Shown here: positions 10,107 to 20,586 of the stretch, in pieces | Layout of the letters: each line of letters starts with the position of its first letter | How positions within the stretch are numbered: position 1 is the first letter of the stretch | DNA from: Bryobacterales bacterium | Lineage (GTDB): Bacteria > Acidobacteriota > Terriglobia > Bryobacterales > UBA6623 | Length of the DNA: 64,000 nucleotides | Assembly (NCBI GenBank): GCA_963422375.2 | Contig: OY729427.2 | Span: 896,001-960,000, forward strand | Direction of reading: 5' to 3' | Made by a program: the position numbers and the translations under genes | The notes under the pieces: generated by a model | What the model was told of the DNA's origin: nothing | What the model saw: only the letters and a program-made list of their open reading frames with translations | Database searches by the model: none

Positions 10107-10852
10107 ATGGACACCACGCAGAACGAGTACCGCTTCGTCATCGATGCTCTCCGCCCTGACGCCATTTCGATGGCGCGTCTCGCCGAGTACATGGGCGAGT
10201 TGGCGCGTCTGCTCGGCGAGACGCGCCATGTGCATTTCTTGCGCTTGGACGAGGGTAGCGTCGCTCTGGCGCACTGAGTCGACCGCGAGGCCGTGCCGCA
10301 AGTTCTGGCTCGCGTCCAAGGGGTGCGCGAGGGAAAAGCGCCGCGCGGCGCAGTCAAGGCGTACCAAGCCTTGAGCGAGCGACTTAGGGAAGACAACGCA
10401 ACGGCGGGGTGGCACGATTTCGACGGGACGCGCCTCCTCGAATTCAAAGGCGGCGATCATCCTTCCGAATCTCCAATAGGTCCATTCAGCCAAGCGGACA
10501 CGCTGTACGCGACGCTCATTCGCATCGGCGGTCAAGGAGACATAGTACCGGTACACTTGGAGGACCGAGATCGAATCCACCATTGCGAGGCCGGCCGAGA
10601 CCTTGCTCGGAATCTGGCCCGGCACCTGTTCAGCGGAACTCTGCTGATCGACGGCAACGGAACATGGTTGCGCGACAACAAAGGCCAGTGGTTGATGAAG
10701 AAGTCAGGATCACGGCATTCGAGGAACTTGATGACAGCCCGCTGACGGAGGTCGTCGCCAAGCTGGGAAGCGGCAAGGGCACGAAGTGGGAGTTCATCGG
10801 CAACGCACATGAAGCCTTGATGCAGATGCGTCGAGATGAGGAGAGCGACTGA
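10107..10852 (+). pseudogene. Uncharacterised ~245-aa partner of the downstream PIN gene; in-frame TGA (10275-10277) and a frameshift near 10700
   Basis: ORFs 10080..10277 and 10293..10745 share a frame across a TGA; after WLMKK the protein-like reading continues in the 10409..10852 frame (RITAFEELDDSPLTEVVAKL), ending in TGA overlapping the PIN ATG; RBS GAAGAGG before ATG 10107. Confidence 0.75.
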
Positions 10853-11400
10853 TGGCGGTCTTCGACGCGTCAGCGGTCCTATATCTCTTCGATGACGAGG
10901 CAGCTTCTCCGCTGGATCCGACGACTGCATGTCCTGTGACCCAAGCGAAAGAGCGGATCGACTATCCGCTTCAGAGACTCGAGGAGAATGGCGAGACACT
11001 AGTCATCCCAACGCCGACCCTCAGTCAAATCCTCATGATCTCCGATCAGGAAGGGCAAAGCCTGCTCGACGAGATGAAGTCCTATAGCTCATTCAGGGGC
11101 GCGCCATTCGACGAGCGATCTGCAATCGTCCCAGCAGACTTGACCCGCAGGGACAAGGGAGCAAATGATCTTCGCGCTGGCACTTCGGAGACTCGAGCAA
11201 AGCTCAAGTTCGACCGGCAGATCATCGCAATCACGCTCACCCTGAAGGAGTCGACCATCTACTCCGACGACTTGGGCCTTGCCAAAGTCGCCCGTCGATT
11301 GGAGGTTGAGGTGATTCACACCTACCAGCTGCCCTTGCCCCCGTGGCAAGAACCACTATTCCCTCGATTCGCAGGTCAGCAGCCATCTGCAATCGAGTGA
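10852..11400 (+). CDS. PIN-domain (VapC-like) ribonuclease, possibly inactivated
   Basis: MAVFDAS, VIPTPTLSQIL, APFDERSAI, KFDRQIIAI, IYSDD; the acidic residue expected after PTPxLS is Q. Confidence 0.78.
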   Translation: MAVFDASAVLYLFDDEAASPLDPTTACPVTQAKERIDYPLQRLEENGETLVIPTPTLSQILMISDQEGQSLLDEMKSYSSFRGAPFDERSAIVPADLTRRDKGANDLRAGTSETRAKLKFDRQIIAITLTLKESTIYSDDLGLAKVARRLEVEVIHTYQLPLPPWQEPLFPRFAGQQPSAIE

Positions 11401-11585
11401 CGAGCAGGCCAACCGCGCGGGCCCGTCTCGGCCGGCTCGTCACGCGTACCGCTTGCACTGAACCGCTACCCTGCCCCGTCGGAGCCGAGTGGCCAGTAGC
11501 GGGCTCGCGCCGAGCTCCGCCTCACCTCAGGTTTCGCGGTCCGAGTCCGAGGTCACCGCAAGACCGTCGGCCCGAGCGATAGAGT

Positions 11586-12830
11586 GTGAACAGCAGTAGT
11601 CTGACCGCGATGGCGGCGAGTCCCGAGCGGCCTGCCGCGAATCCGGGCCCGACGTGCGAGTCACCAGTGCGCTTTCGAATCCTCAGGGCCCTGTCGGCAC
11701 TCTGCGCAGCATTGGCAGCATTGTCGGCAGCGCAGCCTCAGGCTGCGGACGACGCGCTGGCGCTCGGCGCGAGACTCCAGAGCGAGGGCAAGCTCGAACT
11801 GGCGGCGGAGGCGTACGAAAGGGCGTTGCAGCTCGCCCCGGGGCGGGTCGACGCGATCTCGAACCTAGCGGTCGCACGCCTCGGCCTAGGCCAGCCGGAG
11901 AGAGCCATACAGGGCCTGCGCAGGGCACGAGAGGCGGTGCCGGGCCATTCGGGAGTCGCGTACTATCTGGGCCTGGCCCTGTTTCAGAGCGGGCGGCTCG
12001 CCGAAGCGCGCGAGGAGCTGGCATGGGTGCTCGAAAGACAGCCCTCGAACAATCAAGCGCTGCACCTGTACGGCCTCTGCCTTCTGAAGCTGGGCGAGAT
12101 GTCTCAGGGAATCTCCGTTCTCGAGAAGGTGCTGGCTGCCGCCCCTGCCAACCGCCAGGCCTCCTACACGCTCGGATCGGCCTACATCAAGGCCGGCCGG
12201 GTCGAGCGGGCGGAACAACTTGCAGAGCGGCACCTGGCCGAGGACGAGAGCGCCGAGGCCCAGCTCGTCAGGGGCTCGCTGCACATTGCCAGCAAGGAGT
12301 ACGCGGAGGCGCTGAGGTCCCTCGAGCGGGCCGCGGCCGGCGGCGCCGACCTGCCGACCCTGCGGTCCCAAACCGGCGTCGCGCTGCTCTACGCAGGCCA
12401 ACGAGACCGTGCCGCGCGCGAGTTCGAAGCCGAGCTCGCACGCAATCCCGCCGATTTCAACGCCAACGCCTTGCTCGGCTGGCTCGTGCATCAAGACGGG
12501 GATCCCGATCGAGCGCTCGACCTGCTCGGAACCGCCTACGATCTGAATAGGGACGACACGGGCGTGAAGTACCTGCTCGCTCAGGCGCATAGCGGGAAAG
12601 GCAACTGGCCGGAGGCGCGAGCGCTGCTGGAGCAGGTCGTCGAGGCCCAGCCCGAATTCGCTCCGGCGCATGTGATGCTGGCGCGAGCCTACGCCAAGCT
12701 CCAGCGCACTGACCTCTTCCGCGAGAGACAGCGGATCATCCGAACGCTGAACGCCGCGCAGCAGCAGCGGGACTTGCAGGGAGTGGATCACCTCTACGAG
12801 GGCAGAGTCCTGCCAATGCCCGGCCGGTGA
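11586..12830 (+). CDS. Exported tetratricopeptide-repeat protein
   Basis: Successive TPR helix pairs ([36 protein letters not shown]) after a signal-like segment; start uncertain; GTGA overlap with next gene. Confidence 0.85.
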   Translation: MNSSSLTAMAASPERPAANPGPTCESPVRFRILRALSALCAALAALSAAQPQAADDALALGARLQSEGKLELAAEAYERALQLAPGRVDAISNLAVARLGLGQPERAIQGLRRAREAVPGHSGVAYYLGLALFQSGRLAEAREELAWVLERQPSNNQALHLYGLCLLKLGEMSQGISVLEKVLAAAPANRQASYTLGSAYIKAGRVERAEQLAERHLAEDESAEAQLVRGSLHIASKEYAEALRSLERAAAGGADLPTLRSQTGVALLYAGQRDRAAREFEAELARNPADFNANALLGWLVHQDGDPDRALDLLGTAYDLNRDDTGVKYLLAQAHSGKGNWPEARALLEQVVEAQPEFAPAHVMLARAYAKLQRTDLFRERQRIIRTLNAAQQQRDLQGVDHLYEGRVLPMPGR

Positions 12831-14536
12831 CATTCGCGCTCGCCCGCAACAGCATGAAGCGCGGCCTCGCAGCAATCCGCTCCACCGCCCGGGCAGCTCT
12901 GCTGGCGCTAGCGGCGCTGGGTGCGTCTTACAGCTCAGCGCAGACGGGCGCGATTCGATTCACCCCCGTCCCCCCGAGCGCGTCCGGCATTTCCTGGAGC
13001 CACGCCAACGGGATGTCGGACGCGCGCCACCTGCCGGAGACCGTCGGGGCCGGATGCGCCTTCCTGGACTTCGACGGCGACGGCTGGATGGACGTCTACC
13101 TAGTGAACAGCGGGCCCTCCGATTTCTTCAGGCCCGAGAAGCCGCTTTCGAACGCCCTCTATCGCAACAACCGCGACGGGACCTTCACGGACGTCACGGT
13201 GGCGGCAGGCGTTCCGGGGGGCCAGTTCGGCATGGGCGCGGCGGCGGCGGACTACGACAGAGACGGCCACACCGACCTCTTCCTCACGTCGTACGGGCGC
13301 AACTTGCTCTACCGCAACCGCGGCGACGGCACGTTCGAAGAAGTCGCCCGGGAAGCCGGCCTAGATGCCAAGGGCTGGTTCACCGACGCCGTCTGGTTCG
13401 ACTACGACGGCGACTCGCACGTCGACCTGTTCATCTCGGGCTTCGTCTCCTACAGCCTCGAGGAGTCCAAGTACTGCGGCGACAACGCTGCCGGCAGGCG
13501 GCACTACTGCATTCCCCGGTCGTTCCGGCCAACCAAGTGCCGGCTTTTCCGCAGCAACGGCGACGGGACCTTCACGGACGCGAGTGAGGAGTCGCGCATC
13601 GCGAGCGTAGGCAGCAAGTCCTTCGGCGCCGTAGCGACCGACATCAACCGGGACGGGGCGCTGGACCTGTTCGTCGCGAACGACACGATCCAGAACTTCC
13701 TGTTCGTAAACCAGCGCGACGGCACCTTCTCGGAGGAGGGGCTGCTGCTAGGCGTCGCCTACAGCGACGCCGGCCTGCCCCGGTCGGGCATGGGCGTCGA
13801 CACCGCCGACTACGACGGGGACGGCTGGCAGGACCTATTCGTGGCCAACATCGACCAGGAGATGTTCAGCCTGTACCGAAATCTCGGCGGGGACGACTTC
13901 AGCGACACGTCCCTCGCGGTGCAGCGCGCCACGCGGCTCTCGAGCGGCTGGGGCCTCAAGTTCGCCGATTTCGACAACGACTCGGACCCGGACCTGATCC
14001 TCGCCAACGGCCACCCCGATGACATGATCGGAATGTTCAAGCCCTTGGTGACCTACAGGCAGAGGCTGATCCTGCTGGAGAACACGGGCCAAGACTTCGC
14101 GAACGTCAGCGAGAGCGCGGGAAGCGTTTTCGCGGAAGAGCACTCGTCGCGCGGGCTAGCCGTCGGCGACTACGACAACGACGGCGACACGGACGTGCTC
14201 GTGGCCAACAACGGCGGGGCCCCGCTCCTGCTGCGGAACGACACGGAGCCGGTCAACGCATGGGCAGGCCTGCGTCTAGTCGCGAGGCGGAGCAGCTCCG
14301 CGGCGGTCGGCGCTGTCATCGCGTGGAAGGCAGGGGATGTCGAGCGGACACGGTTTCGGGCCGGGGGCGGCAGCTTCCTCTCGTCTCACGACCCGCGTGT
14401 CATCCTTGGGCTCGGATCCGCGCAGCGCGCCGAATGGATCGAGATCCGCTGGCCTAGCGGCACGGTGGACCGGCTGGAGGCCCCGAGGAGCGGCCGGTAC
14501 GTCACCGTCCGCGAGGGACTTGGAGCCGAGCCGTAG
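12827..14536 (+). CDS. CRTAC1-family FG-GAP repeat + ASPIC/UnbV protein
   Basis: [13 protein letters not shown] repeats, [26 protein letters not shown]-terminal domain, signal peptide. Confidence 0.9.
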   Translation: MTFALARNSMKRGLAAIRSTARAALLALAALGASYSSAQTGAIRFTPVPPSASGISWSHANGMSDARHLPETVGAGCAFLDFDGDGWMDVYLVNSGPSDFFRPEKPLSNALYRNNRDGTFTDVTVAAGVPGGQFGMGAAAADYDRDGHTDLFLTSYGRNLLYRNRGDGTFEEVAREAGLDAKGWFTDAVWFDYDGDSHVDLFISGFVSYSLEESKYCGDNAAGRRHYCIPRSFRPTKCRLFRSNGDGTFTDASEESRIASVGSKSFGAVATDINRDGALDLFVANDTIQNFLFVNQRDGTFSEEGLLLGVAYSDAGLPRSGMGVDTADYDGDGWQDLFVANIDQEMFSLYRNLGGDDFSDTSLAVQRATRLSSGWGLKFADFDNDSDPDLILANGHPDDMIGMFKPLVTYRQRLILLENTGQDFANVSESAGSVFAEEHSSRGLAVGDYDNDGDTDVLVANNGGAPLLLRNDTEPVNAWAGLRLVARRSSSAAVGAVIAWKAGDVERTRFRAGGGSFLSSHDPRVILGLGSAQRAEWIEIRWPSGTVDRLEAPRSGRYVTVREGLGAEP

Positions 14537-14588
14537 AGGGGCGAGTCGCGGGCCCGGCAGGCCCGTTGCTGTAATCTGGGAACCTGGC

Positions 14589-15191
14589 ATGTTCGGCGGC
14601 GACGAGCGCAAGAGGCTTGAACAGGAACGCAGGAGCCAGGGCAGGCTTCCGCCCGGCCAGTCGCTGACGCTGAAGTGGCCCGTCCTCCACGCCGGCTCCG
14701 TACCGGCCTTCGATCCGGCGACGTGGACGTTCGCCGTGTCGGGCCTCGTGGAAGATCCGTTCGAGCTGACCTGGGACGAGTTCAAAGCGCTGCCGCGAAC
14801 GCGCGTCAGGGCCGACTTCCACTGCGTGACCACCTGGAGCAAGTTCGACAACGTCTGGGAGGGAGTCTCCGTCCGGACCTTGGTCGGACGCGCCCGGCCC
14901 GCGAAGGAAGCACGCTACGTGATCCAGCATTGCGAGGGCGGCTACGCGACCAACACCCCCCTGGAGGACCTGCTGCGGGACGACGTGCTCCTAGCGGACG
15001 CCCACAGCCCCGAGCCGCTCACTCCCGAACACGGCGCCCCGCTGCGCATGGTGGTGCCGCACCTTTACGCGTGGAAGAGCGCCAAGTGGATCCGCGGGCT
15101 GGAATTCGTCACCGAGGACCGAGCCGGCTTCTGGGAGCAGCGAGGCTACCACATGTACGGCGATCCCAAACGCGAGCAGCGCTTTTCGTAG
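14589..15191 (+). CDS. Sulfite oxidase-like molybdopterin-binding oxidoreductase (cytoplasmic, YuiH-type)
   Basis: RLPPGQ, DFHCVTTWS (Mo-ligating Cys), HGAPLRMVVP, YAWKSAKW, GFWEQRGYH; ATG 14589. Confidence 0.88.
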   Translation: MFGGDERKRLEQERRSQGRLPPGQSLTLKWPVLHAGSVPAFDPATWTFAVSGLVEDPFELTWDEFKALPRTRVRADFHCVTTWSKFDNVWEGVSVRTLVGRARPAKEARYVIQHCEGGYATNTPLEDLLRDDVLLADAHSPEPLTPEHGAPLRMVVPHLYAWKSAKWIRGLEFVTEDRAGFWEQRGYHMYGDPKREQRFS

Positions 15192-15200
15192 GACTGCCGG

Positions 15201-15620
15201 GTGCTGAAGGGATTCCTGGGTCGCCTGGCGGGACGGCGCGAGCCGGAGCCGCCCGCCCTGCGGGGCCGCCCTGCCATCCGGCGCGAGAAGACGTACTCGG
15301 CCGAAAGCGGCTATGTCTACCAGTACACCTACGAAGGCTTCCGGGACGCGACGCGCGACGGCACCCATGGCCGCGACTTCGTGTTCCGCTGCACTTCGGA
15401 CCGGGCCCGCCATTGCTCGCTGGCGGTGTTCGCTCCGGACAGGACGTTCGCCTCGTGGGAGCGGGACTTCGGTCGCGAGCTGAGCGAAGTCGAGCGCTAC
15501 GCGGTCGTCAAGATGCGCCTGTTCGAGATCCTCGACGAATCGGCGCGCATCCGCGCGGACCGCGTGGAGCTGCTGGCGGCGGAGCACGTGCAGCGCCAGG
15601 TCGAGGCGCTCGACCTGTAG
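15201..15620 (+). CDS. Hypothetical protein
   Basis: Clean ORF (KTYSAESGYVYQYTYEG) between two recognisable genes, typical codon usage. Confidence 0.7.
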   Translation: MLKGFLGRLAGRREPEPPALRGRPAIRREKTYSAESGYVYQYTYEGFRDATRDGTHGRDFVFRCTSDRARHCSLAVFAPDRTFASWERDFGRELSEVERYAVVKMRLFEILDESARIRADRVELLAAEHVQRQVEALDL

Positions 15621-15647
15621 AAGGGCCCGCGCACGTACAATGGGCCC

Positions 15648-17372
15648 ATGGGCACACGCGTGGTCTGGCTGGCCGCGGCGCTCGCGGCCGCGAGTTGTAG
15701 CACGGACCGACCGTCGCAGGACGCCGAGTTCGTCGCGCTAGCGGAACGCTACATCGAAGACCTCCTCCGAGAAGCCCCGGAGTTCGCCACCGCGCTCGGC
15801 GACCACCGATACGACGGACGCCTGAACGACTACTCGGCGGAGGCCGTCGCCCGGCGTGCCGACTCGGACCGGCGGTTTCTCGAGGAGCTCGCCGCGATCG
15901 ACCCGTCCGGACTCAGCGACGACAACGCCGTCGACCGGGCCATCCTCGAGAACGAACTCCGCTTCGGTGTCTGGTCTGCCGAGGAGCTGCGGGAGCACGA
16001 GTGGAACCCGAGGCGCTACGGCGTCGGCGACGCGCTTTACGGCCTGCTCGCCCGGGACTTCGCCCCGCTCGAGACCCGGCTCGCCAGCCTCAAGCAGCGG
16101 CTCGAGGCCGTGCCGGCGGCCTTGGAGGAGGCACGCGAGAACCTGGCCAGCCCGCCCGCAATCCACACAGAGACGGCGATCCGGCAAAACGACGGCGCGG
16201 TCGCGCTGATTCGCGACGAGCTCGACGCATTTCTCGACGAGGCGCCCGACATGCGCGAGGAGCTCGAGTCGGCTCGCGCCGCGGCCGTGGCCGCCTTGGA
16301 AGAGTACGGGCGCTGGCTGCGCGACGACCTGCTGCCGCGGTCGGACGGAGACTTCCGGATCGGCGAGAGCAGATACCGCGCCAAGCTGGCGTTCACGCTG
16401 CATTCGGACCTGTCGATGGAGGAGATCCTGGCCCGGGCCGAGGCCCGGCTGGCCGAACTGCAGGACGAGCTGTACGACACCGCCCTGCCCCTGTACCTGG
16501 AAGCCCATCCCGCCGCGAGCGAGTCCGAGCGACGCGACCGGAGCGCGGTCGTACGCGCGGTTCTCGACGATCTGGCCGACTCCCACCCGACGGACATGTC
16601 GATCGTGGAGGATGCCAGGAGCGCGCTCGATGAGGTCACCGCGTTCACGCAGGAGCGCCGCCTGGTGAGCCTGCCCGGCAAGCCGCTGCAGATTATCGTC
16701 ATGCCGGAATTCCGGCGCGGCGTCTCCACGGCGTACTGCGACTCGCCCGGGCCGCTCGAGGAGAACGGGGAGACGTTCTACGCGATCTCGCCCACGCCCG
16801 AGGACTGGACGGACCAGCGCAAGCTGTCGTTCTACCGCGAGTACAACGATTTCATGCTGAGGGATCTGACCGTTCACGAAGCCGTGCCGGGGCACTACCT
16901 CCAGATCGCCCATTCCAACCGGGCGCGCCCGCCGACGCTGGTCCGGGCGGTTTTCAACTCGGGAACGTTCGTAGAGGGCTGGGCCGTCTACGCCGAGCAA
17001 GTGATGGCGGAGCACGGATACGGCGGCCCGCGCTTCAAGATGCAGCAGCTGAAAATGCTGACCCGCGCCGTGATCAACGCGATCCTCGACCAGAAGATCC
17101 ACGCCGGTTCCATGACCGAGCAGGAGGCGATGGACCTGATGCTGCGGGAGGGCTACCAGGAAGATGGCGAAGCGGCGGGCAAGTGGATCCGGGCGCAGCT
17201 GACGTCGGCGCAGCTATCCACGTACTTCGTCGGAATCGCCGAGCACAACGACCTGCGGGACGCGTGGATCGCCAGGAACGGCCTGATCGAAGACTGGCAG
17301 GCGTATCACGACCGCGTGCTCGCGCACGGCTCGCCCCCTCCGAAGTTCGTGAGGCAGCTGCTCGGCCTGTAG
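15648..17372 (+). CDS. DUF885 family lipoprotein (metallopeptidase-like fold)
   Basis: Lipobox AASC; HEAVPGHYLQ, FVEGWAVYAE, QLSTYFVG, FHD-like YHDRVL motifs. Confidence 0.9.
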   Translation: MGTRVVWLAAALAAASCSTDRPSQDAEFVALAERYIEDLLREAPEFATALGDHRYDGRLNDYSAEAVARRADSDRRFLEELAAIDPSGLSDDNAVDRAILENELRFGVWSAEELREHEWNPRRYGVGDALYGLLARDFAPLETRLASLKQRLEAVPAALEEARENLASPPAIHTETAIRQNDGAVALIRDELDAFLDEAPDMREELESARAAAVAALEEYGRWLRDDLLPRSDGDFRIGESRYRAKLAFTLHSDLSMEEILARAEARLAELQDELYDTALPLYLEAHPAASESERRDRSAVVRAVLDDLADSHPTDMSIVEDARSALDEVTAFTQERRLVSLPGKPLQIIVMPEFRRGVSTAYCDSPGPLEENGETFYAISPTPEDWTDQRKLSFYREYNDFMLRDLTVHEAVPGHYLQIAHSNRARPPTLVRAVFNSGTFVEGWAVYAEQVMAEHGYGGPRFKMQQLKMLTRAVINAILDQKIHAGSMTEQEAMDLMLREGYQEDGEAAGKWIRAQLTSAQLSTYFVGIAEHNDLRDAWIARNGLIEDWQAYHDRVLAHGSPPPKFVRQLLGL

Positions 17373-17376
17373 CGGC

Positions 17377-18327
17377 ATGCCAGACCACCGACCTGGCGGC
17401 GCCGCGCCGCGCCGCGCGCCGGGCGGGGTGACCCTCTCGCGCCTCGCACTCGCCGCGGCGCTCGGCCTGCTCGGCGGCGCCTGCTCCGTCAAGAAGTTCG
17501 CGGTGCGGCAGGTGGCCGACGCCCTTGCGTCGGACGGGTCGGTCTACGAGAGGGATTCCGACATCGAACTCGTCGGCGGGGCCCTGCCGTTCAGCCTCAA
17601 GCTGGTCGAGAGCCTGCTCGACGTCACCCCGCGCCACCGGGGCCTGCTGGTCACGGCCGCCAAGGGATTCGCGCTGTACGCGCTCGCGTACGTCGACACG
17701 CCCGGGGAGATCCTGATCGAGGAAGACTTCGAGCGGGGCCGCGAGCTCCGGGTTCGCGCCAAGCGCCTCTACCTGCGTTCCCTCGCCTTCAGCACCGACG
17801 CGCTCGAGAGGGCCTATCCGGGCATCGAGGACCAGTTGCGGAGCAGCCCTCGCGAGGCGGCCGCCCGCGTGAAGAGGAAGGACATCGACCTGCTGTACTG
17901 GGCCGGCGCGGCCTTGGGGCTTTCGATCTCGGCGGACACCACCGACCCGCGCATGCTGCTGCGCCTGGGCGAGGTAGAGGCGCTGCTGGATCGCGCCATG
18001 GAACTGGACGAGGGCTGGGACCGGGGCACGCTGCACGAGTTCCGCCTGAAGCTGGAAGCGGCCCGGCCCGGCGGCGCCAGGCCCGACGTGATCGAGAGCA
18101 GCTTCCGCCGGGCGGCTGAGCTGTCGGACGGGCAGCGCGCGAGCCTGTACGTGGATTACGCAGTAGCCGCCGCCATCCCGTCCCAGAACCGGGAACTGTT
18201 CGGCAAGATGCTGGACCGGGCGCTGGCGATCGACGCGGATGAGTTCGAGCAGTACCGCCTGCTCAACCTGCTCGCCCAACGACGGGCCGTCTGGCTGCGC
18301 TCCCGCACCGACGATCTCTTTTTCTAG
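17377..18327 (+). CDS. TRAP transporter T-component (TatT-family TPR-like lipoprotein)
   Basis: Lipobox GGAC; D.ELVGGALPFSLKLVESLL..P, RAKRLYLR, LLYWAG, FRRAAELS; adjacent to a DctP gene. Confidence 0.83.
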   Translation: MPDHRPGGAAPRRAPGGVTLSRLALAAALGLLGGACSVKKFAVRQVADALASDGSVYERDSDIELVGGALPFSLKLVESLLDVTPRHRGLLVTAAKGFALYALAYVDTPGEILIEEDFERGRELRVRAKRLYLRSLAFSTDALERAYPGIEDQLRSSPREAAARVKRKDIDLLYWAGAALGLSISADTTDPRMLLRLGEVEALLDRAMELDEGWDRGTLHEFRLKLEAARPGGARPDVIESSFRRAAELSDGQRASLYVDYAVAAAIPSQNRELFGKMLDRALAIDADEFEQYRLLNLLAQRRAVWLRSRTDDLFF

Positions 18328-18428
18328 CGCTGCCGCGCGCGCGGGCGCGACGCATATACTGAAGCTGGAAGTCCCGAACGGGCGCGACGCGGGACAGTCC
18401 GGCGGCCGCGAACGGAGCGAGTGTCGAC

Positions 18429-19451
18429 ATGAGCAGCCTTCGCGTCGCAGTAGCGGCGGCACTCGCGACCGTGCTCGCGGTCGCTGTGGCGGTCGAGACG
18501 GCCCCCGCGCAGCGCCGGCGCGCGAACCGGATCAAGCTGGGGACGGTCGCGCCCAAGAACAGCGTCTACCACGAGGTGCTCCTTCGCATGCGCCAGTCCT
18601 GGCGGGCGATCTCGAACGGAGCCGTCGACCTGCTGATCTACCCGGGCGGAGTGGCCGGCGACGAGATCACCATGCTGCGCAAGATACGCGCGGGCCAGAT
18701 GCAGGGCGCCCTGATCTCCGGCAGCGGGATGTCCTTCCTCGACGACGGCATTAGCGCCCTGCAGGTGCCCTTGATGTACGACTCGCTGGAAGAGTTCGAT
18801 TTCGTGCTCTCCAAGATGGCCCCCGCCTTGGAGCGGCGCCTGCACGGCAAGGGCTACACGGTGGTCGGCTGGGGCGACGCCGGCTGGGCGCGCTTCTTCG
18901 CGGTCGAGCCGTTCCAAACGCCGTCCGACCTGCGCCGGATGAAGCTCTACACGTCGAAGGGCAGCGACGAGATGCTGCACCTGTTCTCGGAGTTCGACCT
19001 GCGCGCGGTGCCGCTCGACCTGACCGAGCTGCAGGCCAATCTCGAGACCGGGCTGGTGGACGTATTCGCCGTGCCGCCCCTAGTCGCCGCCGGCTACCAG
19101 TGGTTCGCGTCAGCGCCGAACATGCTCGATCTCCGGTTCCTGCCTATCATCGGCGCGGTGCTGATCGACAACGAGTCCTGGGAGGCGATTCCCGAGGCGC
19201 AGCGGGATCTGATGCGGGAAGCGGCGGGCGAGGCGACCGACCAGATCCAGATCGCGGTGCGCGACCAGGAAGCGACGGCCATCCAGGAAATGCGGAAGTA
19301 CGGCCTCAACGTGATCGAGCTGGACGAGGCCACCTTGGCGGAGTGGCGGCGGGAAGTCGGCGAGGCGTATCCGCGCCTCCGCGGGCGCTACGCGCCCGCG
19401 GAGGTCATGGACGAAGCCATGGCCTGGAGAGACAGCTTCCGGGCGCGCTAG
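18429..19451 (+). CDS. dctP: TRAP substrate-binding protein DctP/TatP
   Basis: IKLGTVAPKNS, IYPGGVAGDE..MLRKIRAGQMQG, GWGDAG, LETGLVD. Confidence 0.87.
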   Translation: MSSLRVAVAAALATVLAVAVAVETAPAQRRRANRIKLGTVAPKNSVYHEVLLRMRQSWRAISNGAVDLLIYPGGVAGDEITMLRKIRAGQMQGALISGSGMSFLDDGISALQVPLMYDSLEEFDFVLSKMAPALERRLHGKGYTVVGWGDAGWARFFAVEPFQTPSDLRRMKLYTSKGSDEMLHLFSEFDLRAVPLDLTELQANLETGLVDVFAVPPLVAAGYQWFASAPNMLDLRFLPIIGAVLIDNESWEAIPEAQRDLMREAAGEATDQIQIAVRDQEATAIQEMRKYGLNVIELDEATLAEWRREVGEAYPRLRGRYAPAEVMDEAMAWRDSFRAR

Positions 19452-19523
19452 CCCGGTCGGCCCGGCTCCCGCCGACGGCGCGCACGAGACGTGGCGAGGG
19501 CCATCGTCTATAATCCCGGGCAA

Positions 19524-20435
19524 ATGCGTGACCTGAACCGTCGCGACCTGCTAGCGCTGACGGCAGCCTCGGCAGCCTCAGCCAAGGCTGCGACAAGACC
19601 TACCCTCTGCCTGTTCACCAAGCACCTTCCGCACCTGGGATACAAGGAGCTGGCCAAGGCCGTGCGGGCCTTCGGCTTCGGCGGGGCGGATCTGACCGCC
19701 CGCCCTCGAGGCCACGTCCTGCCCGAGAACGTCGAACGAGACCTGCCGAAAGCACACGAGGCTCTCGCCAGCGAAGGCGTCGCTCTGCCGATGATCTCGA
19801 CCGGGCTGACCTCCCGCAACGACCCGGCCGCCCGGCCGACTCTGTACACGGCCGCCCGGCTCGGCATCCCGCATTTCAAGCTCGGATACTACCGCTACCG
19901 GAGCCTCGACGACATCGACGCCTATCTCGCCGGCGTCAAGGCCGACGTGGAGGGACTGGCAGCGATCGCCGGCCACGCCGGCATCGCCGGCGGCTTCCAC
20001 AACCATTCGGGCAAGTATGTCGGCAGCGCTCTCTGGGATCACTGGTGGGTGCTTCGCGACACCGACCCGCGCCACGTCGGATTCTACTTCGACCCGTGCC
20101 ACGCTACGATCGAGGGCGGCTCGGCCGGATGGGAGATCGGATTCCACCGCCTCAAGGGCCGTCTCGCGATGGTCGCGTGCAAGGACTTCTACTGGGAACG
20201 GACGCAGGGCGAGTGGAAGGCGCGGATGTGCCCGCTCGGGGAGGGCATGGTCGACTACCCGAAGTTCTTCCGCGCTCTCGCCGCCAGCGGCTTTTCGGGC
20301 CCGATCTCCCTCCATGTGGAGTACAAGATCGAAGCGCCCACCGAGGCGCGGCGAATCGAGCGGGAGATGCTGGCCATCGAGACGGACTTGGGATACCTGA
20401 AGTCGCAGTTCGAGGCCGCCTTCGGGCCGGCGTAG
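19524..20435 (+). CDS. Tat-exported sugar phosphate isomerase/epimerase (AP-endonuclease-2 TIM barrel)
   Basis: LNRRDLL Tat motif; HNHSG, FDPCHA, ACKDF, GEGMVD, SLHVEY. Confidence 0.85.
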   Translation: MRDLNRRDLLALTAASAASAKAATRPTLCLFTKHLPHLGYKELAKAVRAFGFGGADLTARPRGHVLPENVERDLPKAHEALASEGVALPMISTGLTSRNDPAARPTLYTAARLGIPHFKLGYYRYRSLDDIDAYLAGVKADVEGLAAIAGHAGIAGGFHNHSGKYVGSALWDHWWVLRDTDPRHVGFYFDPCHATIEGGSAGWEIGFHRLKGRLAMVACKDFYWERTQGEWKARMCPLGEGMVDYPKFFRALAASGFSGPISLHVEYKIEAPTEARRIEREMLAIETDLGYLKSQFEAAFGPA

Positions 20436-20586
20436 CCGGACGAAAGGCCGGCCCGGCCGCACGGAGCGCCGGCCAGCGGCCCGGACCTAGCCCGGGACCG
20501 AAGTGCCGGAGCAGCCCGGGCGACGCGGGGCCGTTCGGATCCGGCCCCGCTCGAGTTCCGACCGGCCGGGAGGTGCCGCCGCGACC

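Noticed and set aside
10275..10310. In-frame TGA in the PIN partner as possible selenocysteine
   Set aside because: Only a 4-bp stem too close to the UGA, no redox motif, and the gene also has a frameshift; a nonsense mutation is more likely.
7979..14536. Recurring GACTACGACAACGACGG-like DNA repeats as CRISPR or DGR repeats
   Set aside because: They are in-frame FG-GAP DxDxDG codons with irregular spacing; no cas or reverse transcriptase gene is present.
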